The notes under the pieces are model-generated. The model saw only the letters and a program-made list of their open reading frames with translations, searched no databases and was not told the origin of the DNA. A program made the position numbers and the translations under genes. 64,000 bases of DNA from a virus (Duplodnaviria > Caudoviricetes). The first letter of the stretch is position 1. Each line of letters starts with the position of its first letter. The stretch is from positions 1-64,000 of the IMG/VR virus record IMGVR_UViG_2904150443_000004, one strand, 5' to 3'. Positions 11,701-20,217 of this stretch are shown one piece after another.

Positions 11701-14659
11701 CTCCATTAGCTTCTAGAATGTTTAAATAACCTTGGAATTTACCATTAATACCTTGTGCAGCTTTATTTAGATTCTGCTGTAGTTCATTATTTGCTTTATC
11801 AAACTTCTCTTGAAGCTCTTTTACATTAGATGCGTAGAACTCTCCTAACCGTTGAACACCATCTGCAAAGTTACTGTTCTTCGGATCGATTGTCGCATTC
11901 ATAAAACCAGTAATGCTATATAGACCATCGTTATCTATTGGAGAACCGCTTTCTTTACTCTTCAAAAAAGAATCGTATTTATTCCGAGCCTCATCAAGTA
12001 AACGATTAGCTTCCTCAGCTTCTTGTTTCTTTTTGCCTATAGAATCACGAATAGAAGTTTCTTCACTGTAAAACGCGAGTGCCGCTTTTTCCCGTTCTAT
12101 TTTAACTTCTTCTTGGAGAGCGGCTACTTTTTGTTGAATAGCTTTAGTATTTTGCTCGTAGGCAGAGGTTTGATTATCTAAGCCTTTAGCGGATATACCA
12201 AATCTAGACTCTAATTCTGATTCGATTTTAAATAACTTAGTTTTTTCGTCAGCAGATAGATTAGTTTGTTTAGCAAGCTTGTCGTACTGATCACCAAGTT
12301 CTTTTAAGTATTTTATATCACTTACTTTGGCAACCGTATCATTTAGGGATGTAGCAGTGTCCTCAGCAGCAATCTTCGTGTCGGTAAATTTGTTTATTAA
12401 CCACTCTAGACCAGCTCCCAAGGCAACAAAAACCCCACCCACGACAGTTGCAGATAAGAGCCCTCTAATTGCACCCTTAGCCACACTAGCCGAGCCCGCT
12501 AAAAATTGCAATGCCCGTGCCAATATATTTGTACCACCAGCGGCAGCACTAGCAGCTACTGGAATACCTAAAATACCTGCTATTGTTTGGGTGATGTTTA
12601 TCATTACAGTTCTAAAAGCAGCACTTAGGCCATAGATAGCCATACTTAAGACACCCAATACAACGGGAAGAACTCCAACTGTATCTGTCAGCCATTTGAA
12701 TACATTACCAAAGTTTGTAGCTAGGGCAATTAGATTTACCAAGGAGTTAGAAATTACTGCATCTCCCATTGATACAGCGAGTGATTGCCAAGCTACCTTC
12801 ATCTTTTCGATTCGTGCTTGTAAGGATTCCATGTATTTCTCGTTCTCGCGTGAAGCTGAACCTTGAGAATGGAGGGCAGTGTTTGTTGCATCAATGCCCA
12901 TTTCATAGTTGCTCATGAGCGCCAAAAACCGATTAAGCTGGTAACGTCCTGCTAGTGTTACACCGATATTTTGCTGTTGTTCATTAGTAAGCGTATTCCA
13001 TTGTTCCGCAAGATCACCAAGAATGGAATCAACTCTCCTTACATCTCCGCTCATGGTACGAATAGAAATGCCGATACCATTAAGGATAGTCTCAGCTTCG
13101 GACATTGTTGTGATACGAGAGTAAATGCTTTTTAATGAGTTGCCAATAATTGAGCCTGATTCTCGCGTCACGGCCATAATTGCCGTTGCGTGTCCGAGTG
13201 TTTCCTCCATAGTCGCTCCGAACGTGCGTGCAGAAGAACCAGCTCGTTGCAATGCAACTGCGAGGTTCTGCGATGTAACGGCAAAATTGTTATCTATTTC
13301 GTTTATGCTATCTGCGATCTTAATACTCTTCGATGACTCTATATTGAACGCAATCATTGCGCTCGTAAGAGCATCAACTGACTCTTTAGGAGTCATTTCT
13401 GATATATTTTGCATTAATATTGCGGTTTTAGAAAGGTTGGTAGTATCGACCTCATTAAAACCTTGTCTTGCAAAATCTATCATTACATCTAACGTTTGAT
13501 TTAGAGTTCGTCCCAACTCATTACTTAAATCAATACTGTTCTGAAGCATTCCCTCAAAGTCTGTTGAACCACTCATAACTCGTTTTAACTGAGTCATTTG
13601 TGAATCAATTTCTATGATCGTATCAACAGCAGCTTGAAGAGCATGTAGACTTCCATACAATGACCCCATGGTTAATGTCCATGTTATGGTTCTACTTATT
13701 GCAGTTTTGAATGACTCAGATAAGCTTTCAATATGTGAACCAGAAGTTTTAGCGGATGCAACAATATTCTTGAGACCAATGTCAATATCAGCTAGTGCTT
13801 TTTTATAATTACTTGCTTTAGTTATCTGCCCAAAGGAGGCATTCAACTCATCGATTTGTGATTTTACTTTAGTACTTGAACCAAATCGTCTTGTAACATC
13901 AGCAATCTTGGCTTCCATACGAGCTTTACTAAGAAGAAAATCCTCATCTCTCTTCTTATTTTCAGCCCAAGCCTTTTCCTGAAGTTGAACAAACTTTTGT
14001 TGTTCATTTAATCGCTTCTGATTGAAAATTGAGTCTTCACGCTTAGCTACTTCATAGGCTCGTACCTGATCTAAAACTCTTGTTTCACCAAGATGTTTTT
14101 CACGCTTTTCCTTTTCGATAAACGCTTCATAGTGTGCTTTATCAACATCTCGGATTAGATTTCGTTCTAGTTGTCTACGTTTCTCGATTGCTTGTGCTGC
14201 ATCTCTAGCATCCTTGGCGTAATCGTAGGTTTCAATGATATTACCCTTAACCTCACCGTTAGGGTGTTTTGTTACGATTTGTTTATTGTTATTGAGATTG
14301 TTTCCATAAGTTTGAACACGATATTGTTCCTCACCGAAAGCTTTAACTACTTTTTCTCTTTCAAGCCTGAACTGTTTCGCGGCTTGTGTTGCTCTATTCA
14401 TAGCATCAGTTTCATTTTTTATGTTATTAGTTGATCCTGATAGTGCATTACTTTGTAATTGAGTAGCCTTAGTAATCTTATCAATAGAGGCAATAAAACT
14501 GCTCAAAGTTTGAGAAAGATTCTTTCCAATTTCAATATCCAATTTTATTTTTTGTAGAGATGCATGTTTCTGAATTCGCTTTATTGCATCATTAATGTCC
14601 CCAATTGATTTGCCTTCATTGAGCGTGGCACTAATGAGTATTCTTAAATCTTTTCCCAC
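8780..14659 (-). CDS. tape measure protein (TP901-family core)
   Basis: 1959 aa, helical; IDSQMTQLKRV, GNSLKSIYSRI core; central hydrophobic segments; FDTGG C-terminal motif. Confidence 0.92.
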   Translation of the reverse strand: MGKDLRILISATLNEGKSIGDINDAIKRIQKHASLQKIKLDIEIGKNLSQTLSSFIASIDKITKATQLQSNALSGSTNNIKNETDAMNRATQAAKQFRLEREKVVKAFGEEQYRVQTYGNNLNNNKQIVTKHPNGEVKGNIIETYDYAKDARDAAQAIEKRRQLERNLIRDVDKAHYEAFIEKEKREKHLGETRVLDQVRAYEVAKREDSIFNQKRLNEQQKFVQLQEKAWAENKKRDEDFLLSKARMEAKIADVTRRFGSSTKVKSQIDELNASFGQITKASNYKKALADIDIGLKNIVASAKTSGSHIESLSESFKTAISRTITWTLTMGSLYGSLHALQAAVDTIIEIDSQMTQLKRVMSGSTDFEGMLQNSIDLSNELGRTLNQTLDVMIDFARQGFNEVDTTNLSKTAILMQNISEMTPKESVDALTSAMIAFNIESSKSIKIADSINEIDNNFAVTSQNLAVALQRAGSSARTFGATMEETLGHATAIMAVTRESGSIIGNSLKSIYSRITTMSEAETILNGIGISIRTMSGDVRRVDSILGDLAEQWNTLTNEQQQNIGVTLAGRYQLNRFLALMSNYEMGIDATNTALHSQGSASRENEKYMESLQARIEKMKVAWQSLAVSMGDAVISNSLVNLIALATNFGNVFKWLTDTVGVLPVVLGVLSMAIYGLSAAFRTVMINITQTIAGILGIPVAASAAAGGTNILARALQFLAGSASVAKGAIRGLLSATVVGGVFVALGAGLEWLINKFTDTKIAAEDTATSLNDTVAKVSDIKYLKELGDQYDKLAKQTNLSADEKTKLFKIESELESRFGISAKGLDNQTSAYEQNTKAIQQKVAALQEEVKIEREKAALAFYSEETSIRDSIGKKKQEAEEANRLLDEARNKYDSFLKSKESGSPIDNDGLYSITGFMNATIDPKNSNFADGVQRLGEFYASNVKELQEKFDKANNELQQNLNKAAQGINGKFQGYLNILEANGEKISPLMSSIFEGLASADASSNLNLTTQQLDQFFNAFNNKNISSIQDLDNVFRTLPPDLQLTGEQLDGVRLALLRIKFPAQLEEDMLNAADSAEVLGVNTGDLADETKKTVDGIKELNNVLHQLKEGQSLSSDAMFDLITKYPELRDNVYKTADGWKVEEDAVNALREAKLKKVQEDIKNENASTATSLNNALQRIRGYGVEIKQIKNLQDAKNALNSLESELDSSRNPLGKKAGMFDPLFGAPDSVKAAANNYIDDKQAALTGAIIDTKNYISSAEQGEAEIMKLMDMVSDPNFGVSPSKEKKEKKGKKDKDDAAEKARKAREDAYNKDVARFKYLVEMQNWTTDDQIKGWDRIAQRHKQHLKENVDNERSINLEVKKLREQRFKDEMDALDKRVEKMRLSNATEVKMDQERLKTYKALATRKDLTPEQQADLKTKIFDTSKRIDDGRLAETNEYLTKRNKVVSEYNRLLSYSEKQQNLYNEGTAEYNQELVTQNQLRKKMITFYNDEIYWITERLKKGDLTKAQTDALITQMDEYKSALLDVSVAQRNMASKIADDTINKVIEAYKKAEKAALEAIDAQIKSEDERHDKVMKDYDDELNAFNAIVDAKLKEISRQKNEESYEKQLANKQKEQAKIQQDINKLLLDDSDSGRYKRQQLEEDLAKVIDEIQTMQNDRTYELRERELNDLKDQKKEQIDVNKKTEDNLHKVLKDSLDKKKKDEETYWKSILENDQYFTQLREDIINGSLDSITSSFDLFKTDVLSHLQDVEDGIQNSIIDKMNEAQRSLSALGYSSVASSGTNDSTGKTVSRPSPFDRMSDSDFNMYKTNKRIWEQSRDEQVKSQAAIQNAKLREKYGIAKDNFTYGQIAKFDTGGMTPAWGNKDGKFLLAHEKELILNKDDTSNMLKLVDITRNIISNLNPLKSLQLATPAGTPAAESSIYQVNLYVDNMTGSKEDTNNVLSTVVKGLKKLGR

Positions 14660-14756
14660 TTATATAATCACTCCTTTACTTTTTGAAAGGAGTGAGTTAT
14701 TCACTCCGTCCTAATTAACAAAAAAATCTGCACCATAGTTGATGCAGACCGTTTCA

Positions 14757-14924
14757 CTAATTAATTTCTTTATTTTCTATTGTTGGTGCTTCTTGGATGG
14801 GGGAGTTTAAAGTGTGAATAATATCGTTAATTGCTTGATTTTCTTTCAATCCTTGAAAGGGGACACGATCAAGAAAGACAAGAATATTATTAATAATGTC
14901 ATCATTTAACTCGTATTTAGCCAT
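14757..14924 (-). CDS. small hypothetical protein (55 aa)
   Basis: Read by hand: MAKYELNDDIINNILVFLDRVPFQGLKENQAIN...; AGGGAGA RBS; hairpin plus T-tract at ~14720-14748. Confidence 0.6.
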   Translation of the reverse strand: MAKYELNDDIINNILVFLDRVPFQGLKENQAINDIIHTLNSPIQEAPTIENKEIN

Positions 14925-14941
14925 TGAATTTCTCCCTATTG

Positions 14942-16147
14942 TTACAATGAAATGTGTCTTTTATTGACTATCGTTTTAATGTTAGATGATTGAGAAATCT
15001 TCTTCATTAGAAGGTCGAATATGTCATTTTGAGTTTTATTATTTATTTCGTGTTGGTTGAAGTGGATGAGGTTTATATTATTACCATTGCATAATTTTAT
15101 TTTATGCTCTTTTACTTTGTCGTATCTTTTATAATTATCAAGTCCAAAGATTTCAATAAAGTAAGTTTTGCAATCTAGTGTTATCATAAAGTCAAAACGA
15201 TATTTTCGATCTAAATTTGGAATGTAATCTTTGTAATATATGTTATCTATCTCATACTCAATGTTTTTCTTTTCTAGCATACACGCAAAGATATATTCTA
15301 GTTTCGATCTACATATATTCCCTTTATGAGTTTGATAGCGCTGTGAGAGATGAACAATTTTTTTATTAAATGCCTCCATAAAAGCATTTTCCCAAGAACC
15401 AAATCTACTTACATAAGTAGCATAATTAGGGTAGTTAGGATTGGAATTTAGAATAATTTGATCTGGATATCTGCCAGTTTCCTTATATATTTCTCTAAGC
15501 TTTAGTATCATCTGTTCTTCACTCATACGTCTTGTCTTAGAAGAGCTTGTTATATCCAAGCCGACTTTTAATAGAGCATTTGAGATATTACCAAAATGAC
15601 GATCATAGGTTGATGCACTATAAAATTCACTATATTTTTGACTATACTCATTTAAATCATATGTGCTAGGAGAATGACCTAGGATTTCGCTAAGCTCTTT
15701 TAGTTTATGGAGCATATCTTTTTCTAATTGAGTATTGTTAAATTCTTTATAGTCATAACCAATCAATTCATATGCTTTTTTAATCCCACCGAATCTCTTA
15801 ATATAAACACTTCCACACTGCATTGATGGATACTTTTCAATATCTTTAAGTGTTAGTAGATATTTATTATTTTTCAGATGAAGAAGCGTTGTTTCACGCA
15901 AATCATCGAGTATTTGTTTGTTACTTTTCCTATCGTTTTGATAATATTTTTGTTTTTCTTCTGGTATTGTTACACCGGAAAGACGGATTGCATTATACCA
16001 ACTTCCGAATCTTAATCGATAAACTTCAGCAGCAGGAAGTCCATTGGCCGCCTTAAAAGTTTTGGAGGTCGGAATTCCATTAGCAGTAATATAATCTTTT
16101 AAAATTGCTAATAGCTCTTCATTACTGTAAGAATTCTTTCGCAACAA
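14942..16147 (-). CDS. homing-endonuclease-associated repeat protein with C-terminal PD-(D/E)xK-like nuclease
   Basis: Four repeats of Y..RFGSW..A type; C-terminal RSKLE...YRFDF...FIEIFG. Confidence 0.75.
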   Translation of the reverse strand: MLRKNSYSNEELLAILKDYITANGIPTSKTFKAANGLPAAEVYRLRFGSWYNAIRLSGVTIPEEKQKYYQNDRKSNKQILDDLRETTLLHLKNNKYLLTLKDIEKYPSMQCGSVYIKRFGGIKKAYELIGYDYKEFNNTQLEKDMLHKLKELSEILGHSPSTYDLNEYSQKYSEFYSASTYDRHFGNISNALLKVGLDITSSSKTRRMSEEQMILKLREIYKETGRYPDQIILNSNPNYPNYATYVSRFGSWENAFMEAFNKKIVHLSQRYQTHKGNICRSKLEYIFACMLEKKNIEYEIDNIYYKDYIPNLDRKYRFDFMITLDCKTYFIEIFGLDNYKRYDKVKEHKIKLCNGNNINLIHFNQHEINNKTQNDIFDLLMKKISQSSNIKTIVNKRHISL

Positions 16148-16159
16148 TATCTCCTTTAT

Positions 16160-17173
16160 TTACCCAAATATTTGATTCTTCTCTTCTTCAAAATCTCGAA
16201 GATCATAAATTTGTGTTGTTGAAATGTTTTCATGATGTGCAACGTACTTACTCACCAAGTTAATATCTACACCTGATTCAAGTAGGTGAGTGATACAGGA
16301 ATTCTTAAATATATGGACGTTTATGCGTCTTTCAAGAATATCGGAGAGTGTGTTGGCACAAAAATCATCTGCCCAAGTCTGAGACATTTTATCAATTTGT
16401 CCATTATATTTAGTTGTAAAGATGTGCTCATGTTCGTAACCTCTAACTTCAATCCATTTCTTTAAGTGGGGGAGAACATCAAGAGGCACCATATATTGCA
16501 ATATTTTCCCATCATCGCCACGCCCCTTACCCCTTACATTATGGGTAACGACATAAGTTTGCCCTTCTGGAACTTCATAGTCTAATATCTCTGTTTTAAA
16601 TTGAATGATTTCAGAACGTCTTGCTCCAACCCGAAATGCTGTTGCCAGCCAAGCCATACCTAAATAGTTTTCATCATCTTCAAGTACAGACATCATTAAG
16701 TCATACTCATCTTTTGTTACTTTTACCTTCTCGTATACTCGATTCTTCGGTATAGCAGGTAGACCACGAGTGAAATTCCTAAATGTTCTATAATTCTCGT
16801 CATCTTCAGCAACTATATTCTCAATATAATTACACAAACTTGACACAGAAGCTTTTCTAAGGCTAATAGCACTGGACGACATTTTTCTATTATCCCTAAT
16901 AAAACTCAGATATCTTAAATAATCACGCTTGGTAAGCTTATAGAATGGTTTGTTTTGCATCGAATTGCATATGTACCAACCAAACTGCTTTAAGCAGCTT
17001 GTATATTGTTTTTTAGAGTCTGGACTAAGACTTTGTGTAGATATATATTCTTCAACCAAACTCCTATAATCTTCATTAACCTTTAGCCACATTTCCTCAG
17101 TTACTTCTGGTAATTTCTTTGCTGGTTCACGTAAAATATTTTTATTAATTTTCTTTTTAACCAATAACATCAC
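16160..17173 (-). CDS. tyrosine recombinase/integrase family protein (YomM-like)
   Basis: GARRSE (Arg I), VRGKG (Lys), HIFK in place of HxxR, HH...STTQIY (Tyr); same position upstream of the TMP as in SPbeta. Confidence 0.85.
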   Translation of the reverse strand: MMLLVKKKINKNILREPAKKLPEVTEEMWLKVNEDYRSLVEEYISTQSLSPDSKKQYTSCLKQFGWYICNSMQNKPFYKLTKRDYLRYLSFIRDNRKMSSSAISLRKASVSSLCNYIENIVAEDDENYRTFRNFTRGLPAIPKNRVYEKVKVTKDEYDLMMSVLEDDENYLGMAWLATAFRVGARRSEIIQFKTEILDYEVPEGQTYVVTHNVRGKGRGDDGKILQYMVPLDVLPHLKKWIEVRGYEHEHIFTTKYNGQIDKMSQTWADDFCANTLSDILERRINVHIFKNSCITHLLESGVDINLVSKYVAHHENISTTQIYDLRDFEEEKNQIFG

Positions 17174-17182
17174 CTTGTTTAA

Positions 17183-17659
17183 TCATTTTACATTTAACCC
17201 TCTCTTAAGCATCCCTTTCTTAAGTGCTTCTATATGCTTCCCATTGGCCTTAAGCCTATCAGCAGTATCCTGATAGAAATCACGAGGGTAGGGCTGATTC
17301 TTATAGATCCTTGAACGTTCCCATGTATAACCAGTACCAGTAACCATGATCTCATCGATTGGTCGACCATAGTCATCATCATCACCAGTAGTTACGTTCT
17401 CAATCGAGATAGTATGATCATCAACTAACTCAACTTGAATGTTCTCAATACTGGATAAGCCTTTCTCACCACGTAACTCACGTCTAACATATTGACTTGG
17501 ATCATATTGACTAAAAGTAACCTCTTGAATAGTTTCGCTCATTTCTTGTCTTGCAGTAGGAGCCACATCTGACTTCAAAGATTTTGCAGATTGTGACTCT
17601 ATATACTTGAATAGACTTTTAAGATCTGAGAAATCATTTTTCGGCATCTTTGTTCTCAT
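17183..17659 (-). CDS. putative tail completion protein (HK97 gp10-like)
   Basis: YDPSQYVRR and C-terminal PRDFYQDT motifs; position in tail module. Confidence 0.5.
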   Translation of the reverse strand: MRTKMPKNDFSDLKSLFKYIESQSAKSLKSDVAPTARQEMSETIQEVTFSQYDPSQYVRRELRGEKGLSSIENIQVELVDDHTISIENVTTGDDDDYGRPIDEIMVTGTGYTWERSRIYKNQPYPRDFYQDTADRLKANGKHIEALKKGMLKRGLNVK

Positions 17660-18116
17660 TTACTTTCATTAGTTCATTCTTCGCATAGATACTACCAATC
17701 ATTTCTCCAATAACTCTACTGTTTTCGTTTACTTGCTTCATAGCATCATCTATTTTTCTTAATTCTGCCTTGTCAAAACTTTGCATGATTTCACTAAGTA
17801 GACCTAAATCAATTAGCTTTTTACAAACCTTAATTAATCCCTCTATATCTGTGGAGATATTATTCAAATTAGTAAAATGGCGTAGAATTAACATGAAATA
17901 TATGAATGTAACATCTTTTAAAAGATCAGCGTAAACTCCTTTCTTATGCGCATCTTCTAAAATCTCTGTCATTTCAACGATTAAATTTTGAATAGATGTG
18001 AGCTTGAATTTCTTTTGAATTAGAACAAAATCACCAGTGCTTAAAGTAATTTTTTCTTGTTCATTGAAAACCTTATGCTGTTTGTTGATTCCTGCTATAG
18101 TCAATTGTTTTGTCAT
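17634..18116 (-). CDS. putative tail assembly chaperone
   Basis: Helical 160 aa protein right after the tail tube gene; GGGAGTGA RBS. Confidence 0.5.
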   Translation of the reverse strand: MTKQLTIAGINKQHKVFNEQEKITLSTGDFVLIQKKFKLTSIQNLIVEMTEILEDAHKKGVYADLLKDVTFIYFMLILRHFTNLNNISTDIEGLIKVCKKLIDLGLLSEIMQSFDKAELRKIDDAMKQVNENSRVIGEMIGSIYAKNELMKVNENKDAEK

Positions 18117-18179
18117 TTAATCACTCCCTAAGATCATTTAGGGGATAACAGGAGTTGAACCTGTTGATACCCTCTCCCC

Positions 18180-18207
18180 AAAAAAAGGCGTACCACAGAC
18201 ATACGCC
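18180..18207 (-). terminator. intrinsic terminator after tail tube gene
   Basis: GGCGTA-N9-TACGCC followed by T7 on the minus strand. Confidence 0.65.
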
Positions 18208-18222
18208 ATTTGATAATTTGTT

Positions 18223-18978
18223 TTATTTAATTGCTTCTTCATCGTAAATTGTCATAAGCCACATGTCTGTATTACGAGGATCTTTCAATACCTCCAAGTT
18301 CAAATCAAGAACAGCAGGGTCTCCATCTACGGCCATGTTTAAATTGAAATTATCTTCAAATTTAGCATTCGGGATAGTGATTTGAGCAGCATAATCTTTC
18401 TTAGTGTCAGCATCACGCACCAAGCAGTCCATAACTACTTTAAATGTTTTACCGAATGCATCAGACGTAACCTTCAATGTTTTAGCACTTGCGTCAGTGG
18501 TAACATTATAGTACACCGCCAACTCATCACCATCTGTTAACCCAGTAAACGTAATTTCTTTATCTTTAACAGTGCCGCCAGCTACTTCTTCACCCAATGT
18601 ACCATCTGATAGGATTTTATATACATAAGGTGTTCCGACCGGAGTGGCCTTAAGTGTAATCTTGCCTCCTTTTAGAATAAGAGGAGATTCTGTGCGTGAA
18701 ACAGACGTTGCTCCTTCAATCAAGTCATTACCGGTCAACATTGCAAGTGCTTTGTTATCAAAAATTGCATCTTGTAGCGTGACTTTACTTTGACGGTTAG
18801 AGGAGAATCCTACTAAGCGTGGATTACCAAATCCACCTTGGGCATATACCGTTTCACCTGTTGTTTCTAGACCACTTGTCTTAAGAGTTCTAAGGGTTAC
18901 AACTGGTTTTTTAGATGTCAAACTATAAAACGTAACAATACCTGCGTCACGAATAGCCCAACGGTTAGGTGTAGTCAT
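18223..18978 (-). CDS. major tail tube protein (YomU-like)
   Basis: LKTSGLE...YAQGG.GN.RL, QITIPNAK...DGDPAV motifs; position. Confidence 0.75.
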   Translation of the reverse strand: MTTPNRWAIRDAGIVTFYSLTSKKPVVTLRTLKTSGLETTGETVYAQGGFGNPRLVGFSSNRQSKVTLQDAIFDNKALAMLTGNDLIEGATSVSRTESPLILKGGKITLKATPVGTPYVYKILSDGTLGEEVAGGTVKDKEITFTGLTDGDELAVYYNVTTDASAKTLKVTSDAFGKTFKVVMDCLVRDADTKKDYAAQITIPNAKFEDNFNLNMAVDGDPAVLDLNLEVLKDPRNTDMWLMTIYDEEAIK

Positions 18979-18993
18979 ATTTATATATCACTC

Positions 18994-19719
18994 CTATATT
19001 TTATTTGAATTTGAATAATGTAGTTCACTAAGTTTCATCTTGCTTCCGTTTACGGTTCCTGAATATATACCTTGGAGAGTGAACTGATAATTATCAATTT
19101 GTTCGAGTCTATTTATTGCGTCATAGAATTGATAAATGTTTAGGTTCCATACGTCAAAAATATTTACATTATTAGACTTCCAAGCAAGTCCAGAAATCTT
19201 ATTTGCTAGGCTTACAATCTGCTTTTTCTTTTTGTTGACGTATTCTTTTCCTGCGTGTAGTCTTTTGATCAATTCAGCAGCTTTACTGTTAGCTGGTTTG
19301 TATTCATCTTCAGTTTCAATCTTGATGTTATTTGAAAAGATAATAAGACTCTGAATATAATCAAAATTATCTCTTGTTACATAGCGCTTATTTAAAATGT
19401 CACCAAAATAAAAAAAGACGCTTTCATCGTCTCTTGATGGAATATGAACTTCTTCTTTGAACAGTAGCTCAAGGCCAATCTTTACTTCGCTCCACAGTTC
19501 ATCACTATTTAAACAGTTGACGAAGAGGATTGAGAAATTATCAAATTCTATGTCTTTGAGGTGGGGGATATTAGCTTTATTTAGAAGCAATAAGGAGAGT
19601 ATCTGACTATATCGCTCCTCTCCAAGTGACGCTATATCTTTTAAACGTGGCACATGAAAATGACCTACATTAGGAATTTCAATCGGAAGATCAGCAAGCA
19701 TTTTTAATTCATCAGTCAT
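18994..19719 (-). CDS. virion/tail assembly protein (YomV-like position)
   Basis: Long ORF with PRLKDI and WNLNIYQFYD motifs in the structural operon. Confidence 0.5.
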   Translation of the reverse strand: MTDELKMLADLPIEIPNVGHFHVPRLKDIASLGEERYSQILSLLLLNKANIPHLKDIEFDNFSILFVNCLNSDELWSEVKIGLELLFKEEVHIPSRDDESVFFYFGDILNKRYVTRDNFDYIQSLIIFSNNIKIETEDEYKPANSKAAELIKRLHAGKEYVNKKKKQIVSLANKISGLAWKSNNVNIFDVWNLNIYQFYDAINRLEQIDNYQFTLQGIYSGTVNGSKMKLSELHYSNSNKI

Positions 19720-19727
19720 ATTTGCAC

Positions 19728-20201
19728 CTAGTTAAAATCAACTGGCTTATAAGATACAGATATTCCAATAAACTTCTTGTTTACATACAATTCATCCATG
19801 CCAGCGAATTCAAGCTTTCCTATTCCAAGACCGCGCTTTTGATTAAATAATTCATCTATCTCATTAATGATATAATCATAACGAAGAATCCCATAGTCAG
19901 TTCTAACTAAATCGGTGTGAGTGATGACAAAAATAGTTATAAGCCCATCTTTGAACGAGTTATCAATCTTCCTAAATCGACTCAAAGATAAATTAATAAA
20001 TGTTTTCGCTTCATCTTCAACTTCTGGAACTCTACGATACGGGAATACTCTATCATATAAAAGTGAATATGGATCATTAATCTCTATCTTATCCAAAAAG
20101 TCAGGATCGTTATAATATAGCGCTTTACATAAATTTTTATTGCTAATGATTCTGGTCATTATTTCAGTTTTCATTGTAGATAATTCACATAATCGTGTCA
20201 T
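19728..20201 (-). CDS. putative tail terminator/neck protein
   Basis: RYDYIINEIDELFN...GIGKL motif; position. Confidence 0.5.
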   Translation of the reverse strand: MTRLCELSTMKTEIMTRIISNKNLCKALYYNDPDFLDKIEINDPYSLLYDRVFPYRRVPEVEDEAKTFINLSLSRFRKIDNSFKDGLITIFVITHTDLVRTDYGILRYDYIINEIDELFNQKRGLGIGKLEFAGMDELYVNKKFIGISVSYKPVDFN

Positions 20202-20217
20202 ATCCCATATTCACCTC

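Noticed and set aside
8780-14659. CwlP-like lytic transglycosylase or M23 domains in the TMP
   Set aside because: No SLT (ES...GLMQ) or HxGxD/HxH motifs recognised.
17183-18116. Programmed -1 frameshift in the tail chaperone
   Set aside because: The ORFs overlap, but I see no XXXYYYZ slippery heptamer near the end of 17634-18116.
18141-18179. Complete tRNA gene or att-site tRNA fragment
   Set aside because: No D arm, anticodon arm or CCA, and phage structural genes lie on both sides; kept only as a tRNA-like element.
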